From positions 1-16,575 of the forward strand of contig JBIIGV010000064.1 in the NCBI GenBank assembly GCA_044236265.1: a DNA stretch of 16,575 nt, given 5' to 3'. Each line of letters begins with the position of its first letter. The stretch's first letter is position 1. The stretch is from Oligoflexales bacterium. GTDB taxonomy: Bacteria; Bdellovibrionota_B; Oligoflexia; Oligoflexales; RGVZ01. The notes under the pieces were generated by a model. The model was not told where the DNA came from, did no database searches, and worked only from the letters and a program-made list of their open reading frames with translations. Positions 7,048-15,074 of this stretch are shown here, in pieces. Both the position numbers and the translations under genes were made by a program.

Positions 7048-7746
7048 ATGGTAGCTGCTGAAGTCTTAGAAATATTGTCTGATAACCGCATCCGAACTGC
7101 AAGTAGCAACCACCCAAAGTCCTTGCCCGTAACCTCAGCCACAACCGCAAACAACCCTCAGGAGGTGAAATTATGCTTTGGAATCAGCGCTTTGGACGAG
7201 CTCTTCAGTGGTGGATTGGCATTTGGAACCCTCTTGGAAATGGGTATACCCTTCGGCAACGGAGGCCGCAGACTCTTGGTCCAATTTATAGCGGCCGCCA
7301 GCTCCGGAGCCTCCGACGGACAGAGGCACTGGTGTTTGTGGATCTCTGCAAGGCAGCAGCCCGCAGCGTACCCACCAGCCTGGCAGGCCCTGGGCGTCGA
7401 CCTGCAGCGCCTGCGCTTTGCCTGGTCCGCGTCACCAGTCGGCGATCTTAAGTTTGCTCTGTTAAACGATCTCTTTCGGGTCATTGTCATCGATCACCCA
7501 GCTCCTCTGAAACCGGACGATCATGTCTTTTTGGCGCAATGTGCGCGCCAGCATCGCAAGATCATTGTTGTCGCTCGTGATGGCTTTTTGGACCCAAGAG
7601 ACTCAAACACAGCAGCTAAGTATCGCTTAAATATATGGAGGCCGGCGCACCAAAACATTTTGGAGATTACACCGGTGCGCGGCCTCCATCGATCCACGAA
7701 GGTCTCATCATTTTTTCAGCATCCTAATTTCAAAATAGATCCATGA
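7048..7746 (+). CDS. imuA: ImuA-like RecA-fold mutasome accessory protein
   Basis: FGISALDELFSGGLAFGTLLE RecA-like start with degenerate Walker A (no GKT), YPPAWQALGVDLQRL typical of ImuA/SulA-like proteins, first gene before imuB-dnaE2. Start set to the ATG at 7048 (GGAG 6 nt upstream) rather than the TTG at 7027, which lies inside the operator. Confidence 0.82.
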   Translation: MVAAEVLEILSDNRIRTASSNHPKSLPVTSATTANNPQEVKLCFGISALDELFSGGLAFGTLLEMGIPFGNGGRRLLVQFIAAASSGASDGQRHWCLWISARQQPAAYPPAWQALGVDLQRLRFAWSASPVGDLKFALLNDLFRVIVIDHPAPLKPDDHVFLAQCARQHRKIIVVARDGFLDPRDSNTAAKYRLNIWRPAHQNILEITPVRGLHRSTKVSSFFQHPNFKIDP

Positions 7747-7791
7747 AGCATCTATTTAACAGTCGCTTCCCATTTAAAAACGAGTTTGATC

Positions 7792-9264
7792 ATGACGTAT
7801 CCCGTCCTCCCCTTTTCGTCCGCATTGTCTGGCGCATCCCGCCTAAGCAGCTTTGTAGCTGTTTATACGGATGCGCCAGATGGCGGAGATTTCCTGAGCA
7901 TCACACCACGGGTGATGCAGTGGAATCGTCATACGTATATTCTTGATCTGAGTCACGTGACTCAGTACTGGACACAAATCGCTGCCGAGCAAGACCTCTC
8001 GTTTATCGAGTTTTTACCGAAGCTATTTGAGAGTTTGTCTCATCGACCTTCATGCGTCACCATAGCTGATCATCCATGGCGGGCTCTAGTCGCTTTGTCG
8101 GTTGCATTAGAACGACCGACACTAAGCTTTCTTGATGTTCAAAGCCACCTTGGACGGAAAATTCTTCATGACGTTAGCTGGACAAACTGGCTAGCACTTT
8201 GTCGAGAGCTTCGTGATCACTTACTTGCAACTGGCAGCAAGAATATCCAAGCATCGTTTTCTGCAATGACTAAAACGATTGAGCGTATGCGCCTTTCTAA
8301 CATCTCCCAAATGGCTGATGTAGAAGCCACAGGCATGCAGCGCCGGTTTGGCAAGCTGATTGCCACCGCCTGGGATTGGACGTGGGGCAAACAAAAATCT
8401 CTCTTTGATGAAAGCTTTATCGATGGATTTCCATGGCAAGGAGTCACTTACAAAGAATCACCAAAGATCAGTCGCTACCTTGAGTCATCTCTACGAGAGT
8501 GGGACCACATCGCTCCACTCCTGTGTGAAGACCTTAATAAAATCTGCAATCTCAATTGCTGGACGTCCAGCGAACGAGTTGTAAGCCTGGAGTGGGTGCT
8601 GTCCTTTTCCTGCAGCCCATCCCTCCGCATCCCCGTCTTGTTCCGCCATCCGCATGCCCTCCACCGCGAATCCGGCCACCACAAGACAGCACTGCTCCAG
8701 GCCTTCTATTCTTGGCAAAACGCCATGCGCTCACGGAAAAAACCGGAGGCTGATGGCGAGACATATTTGAGTGATGATGCGGTGACAGAATGGAGTGTAA
8801 GTGTCGCTGAGCGACTGATCATGCCTTCCAGTGTTCAAAGCCTATTTAAAGACGACTTATCCACAGAGTCTGCACAGCTCAGAGATCTTGAAAATTCTCT
8901 TCCGGTTCCTCTAGTTAGCTACACCACAACCGATCACTGGTCTCCGGAAAGATCGTTTACACCAACACACTCACAAAACATAAAAGACCTACAAAACATA
9001 CCTTTTGGACATATTGCGAGGCTTGCCATGAACCAACGACGCCCTTTGTTTATGTATGACAACCCAGAGCCACTGGCCGAAAAGCATCAATCATCAGCCA
9101 TGGTATTTTGCGAGCGTCTGGCCACATCCTGGTGGACGGATACGGCACCCTCACCGCGCGGGACATGTCGCAATTACTATGTGCGCATGACCGACGACGG
9201 ACTATTACAATGGGTTTTTCAAAATGACGACGGGAGTTTATGTCTCCATGGACTCTACGGTTAA
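7792..9264 (+). CDS. imuB: ImuB-like inactive Y-family polymerase homologue
   Basis: Degenerate palm segment ITPRV...YILDLS, thumb-like MQRRFG, and a typical ImuB C-terminal domain (RRPLFMY..PEPL, ERLATSWW, RNYY, WVF...LHGLYG). Lies between imuA and dnaE2. Start uncertain (TTG 7786 or ATG 7792). Confidence 0.82.
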   Translation: MTYPVLPFSSALSGASRLSSFVAVYTDAPDGGDFLSITPRVMQWNRHTYILDLSHVTQYWTQIAAEQDLSFIEFLPKLFESLSHRPSCVTIADHPWRALVALSVALERPTLSFLDVQSHLGRKILHDVSWTNWLALCRELRDHLLATGSKNIQASFSAMTKTIERMRLSNISQMADVEATGMQRRFGKLIATAWDWTWGKQKSLFDESFIDGFPWQGVTYKESPKISRYLESSLREWDHIAPLLCEDLNKICNLNCWTSSERVVSLEWVLSFSCSPSLRIPVLFRHPHALHRESGHHKTALLQAFYSWQNAMRSRKKPEADGETYLSDDAVTEWSVSVAERLIMPSSVQSLFKDDLSTESAQLRDLENSLPVPLVSYTTTDHWSPERSFTPTHSQNIKDLQNIPFGHIARLAMNQRRPLFMYDNPEPLAEKHQSSAMVFCERLATSWWTDTAPSPRGTCRNYYVRMTDDGLLQWVFQNDDGSLCLHGLYG

Positions 9265-12200
9265 ACAAGAAGCATCCCATTGGATTGAGTGGCTCACGCA
9301 CACCAATTTTAGCTTTCTGCATGGAGCATCGCACCCTCACGAGATGCTTGAGACTGCTAAAGATTACGCTTATGCAGGCTTAGCTATCTGCGACTTTGAT
9401 GGCGCTTACGGACTTGCTCGCACGTACCGCCATTGGAAATCGATGGATGAAAACACGAGGCCCGCACTGTTTTACGGAGCCGAACTTCATCTGACCCAAG
9501 ATCATCATGAGCCGGTGATCCAGCAAAACACAATCGCCTTGATTGCACGCTCAGCCAGTGGCTACGGACACCTTTGCCAAATACTTACGCGTGCGCATCG
9601 TGGTGGGAAGCATAACGCCTATCTATCTTTAGAGGACCTATCATCCATGGTCCTAACAGATCTCAGCGTCATTATTCCTATGCGCGGCTTGCTGCGTAAA
9701 GACCCTGCAGCGTGGGAATCACAATGTCAGACACTTAAAAGCCTATTTAGTGCAGATGATACGTTTATGGCGTTTAGCTGCCATCTTTCAGCCTCAGAAG
9801 ATATCTGGAGTAAACGCGCTCTCCGTGTACAGAAAAATCTTGAGATCAAGCCTTTAGTCTCACTTGATCCTTTTATGCATGATCGCTCACGGAAAAAGCT
9901 ATGCGATATTCTGGCGGCTATTCGCACCAATCTTCGTCTCGATGAGGCCGTCGCCCATACATTTGTTAATGATGAGCGCACACTACTCACTGTAAATGAT
10001 ATTTATAAGCGCTTTCAAAAGTTTCCCTTATTCGATCAAGCGATACAAAACTCAAAAGAGCTTGCGGCTCGGTGTCACTTTTCTTTTGCTGAGCTTCGTT
10101 ACCGCTATCCGAAAGAGATGATTCCTCCTGGACATACGGCGCAGTCATATCTGACTGCACTCACTTGGGCCGGTGCCCAGGAAACATACGATCAGCCACT
10201 ACCACCAAAAGTACGTTCTCTGATTGAGCATGAGCTGCAGCTGATCGAAACCCTTGGTTTTGCCGATTACTTTCTAACCGTCTGGGACATCGTAGCCTGG
10301 GCAAGAAAGCAGAGCATTTTGTGCCAGGGGAGGGGATCGGCGGCTAACTCTGCTGTTTGTTTTGTGTTGGGAGTTACCGCTGTTGATCCGATGAAGTTTG
10401 ATCTCTTATTTGAGCGTTTTATCAGCGTCGAACGCGGAGACCCACCCGATATTGACGTGGATTTTGAGCATGAGCGCCGGGAAGAGGTGATTCAATACAT
10501 CTACAAGCGCTACGGCCGAGAAAAATCCGCCATGGTCGCTAACGTCATAACATTCCGGAAAAAAGGGGCTCTTCGTGCCTGTGGAAAAGCTTTGGGTATC
10601 CCTGATGAACTCCTGGGACAGGCCAGTGATTTTATGGCTTCAAGGGTGAACGCAGGAAAAACCATAAAAGACGTGGTCGAACAGCTAAAAGAAGACTCTC
10701 CCCTCAAAGACATACCCTGGGAGCTGTGGCTTGAGCTCACCAGCGAGCTAAAGGGTTTTCCCCGTCATCTTGGTATTCATTCAGGTGGCTTCATGATCGC
10801 TGACCGTCCCCTATGTCAACTGGTCCCCCAGGAACCTGCGACGATGGAAGGACGAACGGTCATTCAGTGGTGCAAAGACGACATCGAAGATCTTGGTTTT
10901 TTTAAAATTGATATCTTGGCTCTCGGCATGCTGTCAGCAATCCGCAAGGCTCTTAGTCTTGTATCTCATCAGTATCAGCAGCCACTCACACTGGCCACCA
11001 TACCCCAGGAGGACCCTGCCACCTATAAAATGATCCAACGGGCAGACACGGTCGGTACCTTTCAAATTGAATCACGGGCTCAGATGTCAATGCTGCCAAA
11101 ACTTAGGCCAAAGACGTTTTATGATCTTGTGATTGAGGTGGCCATCATTCGTCCAGGACCAATTCAAGGCGGCATGGTGCATCCGTTTTTGCGTCGACGC
11201 CATGGTCTTGAGCCTGTCACTTATCCAGATGAAAGACTAAGGCCCATCCTTCACCGCACCTTAGGGATTCCCATCTTCCAGGAACAAGTCATGCGCATTG
11301 CCATGGCGATTGGAGATTTCTCTCCGGGAGAAGCCAACGAGCTGCGTAAAAACATGGGTGCATGGTCCATGCGTGGAGATATCAACCCACGGCTCAATAA
11401 ACTGGCTATCGGTATGCAAAAAAATGGCATTGCCCCTGACTTTGCAGAGGCCATCTTGGCACAGATGAAAGGCTTCGCCGAATATGGATTTCCAGAATCG
11501 CACTCGGTATCGTTTGCGCTACTTGCGTATGCATCGTCTTATCTTAAGTGTCATTATCCAGCGGCCTTTTTTGCAGCATTGTTAAACTCACAACCCATGG
11601 GATTTTATTCGCCTCATGCACTCGTACAAGCCGCTAGAAGACAAGGGATAGCTGTGCTTCCGGTATGCGTCAATCAGTCCAGCTGGGCGTCAACATTAGA
11701 GCCCCTGTCACCAGGAAGCACGAGAGACTTTGCCATTCGTCTAGGCTTTGGACTGATCACAGGTCTTTCTAAAAAATCTGGAGAGCAAATTGAACGCACC
11801 AGAAAACGCCTCGGACCGTGGACCTCTTGGGAGCACTTTCTCCAGCACACTAAAATTCCTCGCCACGATCTTACGGCACTGGCCGCAGCCAATAGCTTTG
11901 CGGTCTTTGGACTATCGCGGCGATCGGCTGTATGGATTGCTGCCGCTGCACCACACGCTCAGTGGCTCGAAGATATAGACCTTTCTTCACGGCTACCCGA
12001 GGAGACACGGGAAGAATCCATTCAGCAAGATTTTGCCAGCTTTCAGACCTGTCTATATGCACATCCGGCTCAGTTTATTCGTGATGAAGCTTGGTGCTAT
12101 GAGGTGCCAACATCAAAGCTTAAACTCGCTAAAACTATCGAAGACATGATCCCTAATCAGGTCATCACCGTCTTTGGGATGATCTTGATTCAGCAAAGAC

Positions 12201-12481
12201 CACCAAGTGCCAACGGCATGATGTTTATTACCCTGGAGGACGAAACAGGATTTTTCAATCTTGCCATCACACCTGAAGTATTACAGCGCATTGGTCACAA
12301 AATATCAGGACAATCATTTTTATGTGTATCAGGAAAGCTACAAAGCAGCAGCGGAGCTCACTCCATCCTGGTCAAAGATGCCTTTGTGCCAAAAATTTCA
12401 AAGGCTGACGTCATCCCAATTCCTCCTCAACAAAATACTGGATACCCATCACCAGCTAAAGCAGCTATGATGAATTCATGA
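9248..12481 (+). CDS. dnaE2: Error-prone DNA polymerase DnaE2 (ImuC), C-family
   Basis: PHP start HTNFSFLHGASHP, GRGSAANSAVC, catalytic PPDIDVDFE and KIDIL, FQIESRAQM, YGFPESH, LLNSQPMGFY, OB-fold QRPPSANG..FITLEDETG. Start probably the ATG at 9248 (GGGAG at 9232-9236), alternative 9224. Overlaps the imuB 3' end. Confidence 0.96.
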   Translation: MDSTVKQEASHWIEWLTHTNFSFLHGASHPHEMLETAKDYAYAGLAICDFDGAYGLARTYRHWKSMDENTRPALFYGAELHLTQDHHEPVIQQNTIALIARSASGYGHLCQILTRAHRGGKHNAYLSLEDLSSMVLTDLSVIIPMRGLLRKDPAAWESQCQTLKSLFSADDTFMAFSCHLSASEDIWSKRALRVQKNLEIKPLVSLDPFMHDRSRKKLCDILAAIRTNLRLDEAVAHTFVNDERTLLTVNDIYKRFQKFPLFDQAIQNSKELAARCHFSFAELRYRYPKEMIPPGHTAQSYLTALTWAGAQETYDQPLPPKVRSLIEHELQLIETLGFADYFLTVWDIVAWARKQSILCQGRGSAANSAVCFVLGVTAVDPMKFDLLFERFISVERGDPPDIDVDFEHERREEVIQYIYKRYGREKSAMVANVITFRKKGALRACGKALGIPDELLGQASDFMASRVNAGKTIKDVVEQLKEDSPLKDIPWELWLELTSELKGFPRHLGIHSGGFMIADRPLCQLVPQEPATMEGRTVIQWCKDDIEDLGFFKIDILALGMLSAIRKALSLVSHQYQQPLTLATIPQEDPATYKMIQRADTVGTFQIESRAQMSMLPKLRPKTFYDLVIEVAIIRPGPIQGGMVHPFLRRRHGLEPVTYPDERLRPILHRTLGIPIFQEQVMRIAMAIGDFSPGEANELRKNMGAWSMRGDINPRLNKLAIGMQKNGIAPDFAEAILAQMKGFAEYGFPESHSVSFALLAYASSYLKCHYPAAFFAALLNSQPMGFYSPHALVQAARRQGIAVLPVCVNQSSWASTLEPLSPGSTRDFAIRLGFGLITGLSKKSGEQIERTRKRLGPWTSWEHFLQHTKIPRHDLTALAAANSFAVFGLSRRSAVWIAAAAPHAQWLEDIDLSSRLPEETREESIQQDFASFQTCLYAHPAQFIRDEAWCYEVPTSKLKLAKTIEDMIPNQVITVFGMILIQQRPPSANGMMFITLEDETGFFNLAITPEVLQRIGHKISGQSFLCVSGKLQSSSGAHSILVKDAFVPKISKADVIPIPPQQNTGYPSPAKAAMMNS

Positions 12482-12993
12482 GTCAGCCACCCAAAAAACC
12501 CTCAAAGCCAAAGAAAACCTTCACTCCCGAGTGGGAGGAGGAAGAGGAGATTCAGGATCAAAGCGAGCAGAACGCCCGCCTTCGCGAGGAGCAAGAGGCC
12601 CACCTCTTCCTGGAAGCTGTTCAAAAGCAGAAGTTCCAGCCCAAAGACTCTGAACAAGAACTCGAAAAAATTAAAAACGCCCAACGCACACAAAAATCAG
12701 CCAGCCGGCATACGATTGATCTTCACGGCATGACTGTAGCGGATGCTCAAGCTTATGTTGTTAGAACAATCCACGACATCCTAAGCCAAGCCAAGGGACA
12801 ATCTGTAGACATCAGAATTATCACCGGCAAAGGCCATCACTCCAAGGGACGCGGGCCCCAGCTTATTTCTGAAATTCATCATGTTGTAGAGTCCACATTC
12901 CGTCAGCGGATTGTCAGCATAGAAGTAAGCCCCCACGAACTGAATCTTGGGGGCGTCTATCTTAAGGGTCACTTTGACGTAAAAATGCGATGA
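12478..12993 (+). CDS. Stand-alone Smr (small MutS-related) domain endonuclease, SmrA/SmrB-like
   Basis: IDLHGMTVADA and RIITGKGHHS Smr motifs, N-terminal EAHLFLEAV helix. ATGA overlap with the dnaE2 stop (12478-12481). Confidence 0.9.
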   Translation: MSQPPKKPSKPKKTFTPEWEEEEEIQDQSEQNARLREEQEAHLFLEAVQKQKFQPKDSEQELEKIKNAQRTQKSASRHTIDLHGMTVADAQAYVVRTIHDILSQAKGQSVDIRIITGKGHHSKGRGPQLISEIHHVVESTFRQRIVSIEVSPHELNLGGVYLKGHFDVKMR

Positions 12994-13009
12994 ATATGTT
13001 ATAAAAGAA

Positions 13010-14104
13010 TTATCTAAAAATCTGAGTACCGTAGCAGGCGCCGCGAGAGTCTCTATGTACACCAACACCAATGGCACTAAATCCACCCAGCATATTGCGG
13101 CGGTGACCAGAGCTATTCCACCACTGGTTTACGAATGCTGATGCAGCGGCATCTTCGTTTCCGCGACTACAGAAATTATAGGCCACGTTCTCTGCTGACA
13201 TGGATACTGACGTGTTAAACTCCTGGCGATACACAGCTAAACGAGAGCCTGGAAAACCCTCGTGTCCAATGTCACCCCGGGCAGCCTGCTTTTTGGACCA
13301 ATCACGGGAAACAAAGGAAATCTTTGGATCATACGCCAACTCACGAAGACCGGACTGTCTGCGGTAAGCATTGGTCTTTTGTGCAATCAAATATTCAATC
13401 TTACAAATCACCGCATCACCCTTATAGCAATTTGGGTCTGCTGTAAGCTCTGGATTTGTCGCGGGCTGGTCTGAGTTATTGCTGATCGGACCAGACGAGT
13501 TTGGCAACGGCGATGTTCCATTGCTTGTACCGCTTGGCGTCAGGGTATTACTGGATGTTGATGGCGTCGGATCAAGAGGAACCCCTGATTGAGCACCTAA
13601 GGCTGCCGTGCCGTCAGCAGTGAAATATAGCAATACAGATACTGGAACCTTTCCGCCCTTGTTCTGGTCAGCGGTGATTTCGGTTCTTTTCCCGTCCATA
13701 TCGTTTGTTAAATAAATCGTCTCAAGCTTTGTTTTGTCAGCATTGGCTTTGCCCAAAGACAAGACAAACGTGTAAGCGCAGTTAGCTGTAATTTTTTCAT
13801 TGATCAAAACATCTGATCCGGTGAATAGACCAAACTTTTCTTTGTGGCTTACGGGCGTCGTCGTTCCGTTTGCACAGGTTCCACCCATGACGGAAAGGGC
13901 CCAAGCGTTGACCTTGTCGTCACCCATATAAGGTTTTAGCTTTGCAGGAATCGGCATTGATACCGATGACACGCGCGATACTCCAGCGCCAGCTCCGATA
14001 TCATCCATCGGTTTTAACCGACATGAAACGGCGAGTAATGTAAACCCAACGATCAAAGCGTGGGTTGCGACAGACGGACTCAGCGGGGAGATCAAGGTTT
14101 TCAT
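13010..14104 (-). CDS. CAP (SCP/PR-1) domain protein, probable lipoprotein with a Pro/Ser/Thr-rich linker
   Basis: Hydrophobic signal ending LAVSC, P/S/T linker, CAP motifs TNAYR...GHEGF, AENVAYN, QWWNSSGHRRNML, IGVGV...TQIF. RBS AAGGAG upstream. Confidence 0.88.
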   Translation of the reverse strand: MKTLISPLSPSVATHALIVGFTLLAVSCRLKPMDDIGAGAGVSRVSSVSMPIPAKLKPYMGDDKVNAWALSVMGGTCANGTTTPVSHKEKFGLFTGSDVLINEKITANCAYTFVLSLGKANADKTKLETIYLTNDMDGKRTEITADQNKGGKVPVSVLLYFTADGTAALGAQSGVPLDPTPSTSSNTLTPSGTSNGTSPLPNSSGPISNNSDQPATNPELTADPNCYKGDAVICKIEYLIAQKTNAYRRQSGLRELAYDPKISFVSRDWSKKQAARGDIGHEGFPGSRLAVYRQEFNTSVSMSAENVAYNFCSRGNEDAAASAFVNQWWNSSGHRRNMLGGFSAIGVGVHRDSRGACYGTQIFR

Positions 14105-14282
14105 GGTTTATCCACTCCTTAAAAACGACAATGCAGTCAAGCGTGTACAGCTGAATGCAAAGACCGGCCCAAGGATAGATAACAGTAATTTCAATATCTT
14201 ACGGAGATCTCGATAAACCTGTTGTGCAGACTTAGCAAACAACCTGTAATGATCTCTGACACCTAAACCAGGATCCCATCCT

Positions 14283-15008
14283 ATGATTTCTCTAACCGTT
14301 AAAAGCTTACCTGTACTAACCGACAACTTTATTCATGTACTGGTGAAAGACAGCAGTGCTGCGGTGATTGATCCCGCGGAGGCAGATGCGGTTGTTCAGT
14401 TCCTCAAGTCTCACAACCTGAATCTCAGTCATATTCTAATCACTCATCACCATGCTGATCACACAGGCGGCGTAAAAGAACTAACGTCTCTTTACCCAAA
14501 GACTGAAGTTATTGGATTTCTAGGAGACCGCCACCGCTTACCACCGTTATCTCAAACAGTAACTGACGGTAGTCAAATCACAGTCATTGGCATTGATTTT
14601 GACGTCTGGCAGCTTCCTGGACACACCACCGGTCACATTGCATTTATTTCCACCAACCAGCACATAGCCTTCACGGGGGATGTTCTGTTTGGCATGGGCT
14701 GCGGAAGAGTCTTCGAAGGAACCTATGAAGACATGTTTAGATCGCTGCAGAGACTGAAAACACTGACACCACAAACCAAAGTTTTCTGTACCCATGAATA
14801 CACCGTCAATAACGGGCGATTTTGTGAAACGATCCTCCCAAACCACGACGCCATCAAAGAGCGCTTGAAAAACTGCCTCACTATTCGAGAAAAAGGTGAA
14901 TTTACTGTACCACTAACGTTGAGCGAAGAACTCAACACAAACCCCTTTTTATTTGCCGAAAATCTGCAGCAGTTTTCTCACTACCGTGATGCCCGCAATC
15001 GATTTTAA
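14283..15008 (+). CDS. gloB: Hydroxyacylglutathione hydrolase (glyoxalase II)
   Basis: DNFI, VIDP, THHHADHTGG, PGHTTGH, FTGDVLF.MGCGR.FEG, CTHEYT, ELNTNPFL. Confidence 0.95.
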   Translation: MISLTVKSLPVLTDNFIHVLVKDSSAAVIDPAEADAVVQFLKSHNLNLSHILITHHHADHTGGVKELTSLYPKTEVIGFLGDRHRLPPLSQTVTDGSQITVIGIDFDVWQLPGHTTGHIAFISTNQHIAFTGDVLFGMGCGRVFEGTYEDMFRSLQRLKTLTPQTKVFCTHEYTVNNGRFCETILPNHDAIKERLKNCLTIREKGEFTVPLTLSEELNTNPFLFAENLQQFSHYRDARNRF

Positions 15009-15024
15009 ATAAAAATAATTAGAT

Positions 15025-15055
15025 AAAAAAACACCCTCCATGAGGAGGGTGTTTT
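15025..15055. terminator. Bidirectional Rho-independent terminator between convergent gloB and hydrolase genes
   Basis: Perfect 12-bp inverted repeat AAAACACCCTCC (15028-15039)/GGAGGGTGTTTT (15044-15055) with an ATGA loop. A7 run on the left, T4 run on the right. Confidence 0.9.
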
Positions 15056-15074
15056 CTATGATTAATTGCAGAGT

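Noticed and set aside
8217..8764. Cluster of short overlapping ORFs within imuB
   Set aside because: Shadow ORFs, partly in a locally C/G-rich stretch, with no recognisable motifs. The same applies to the other short antisense or alternate-frame ORFs in the track.
9955..9966. CCATACATTTGT inside dnaE2, identical to 12 nt of the imuA operator
   Set aside because: The right arm continues GTTAAT rather than GTATGG. It is a half-site inside coding sequence and probably chance.
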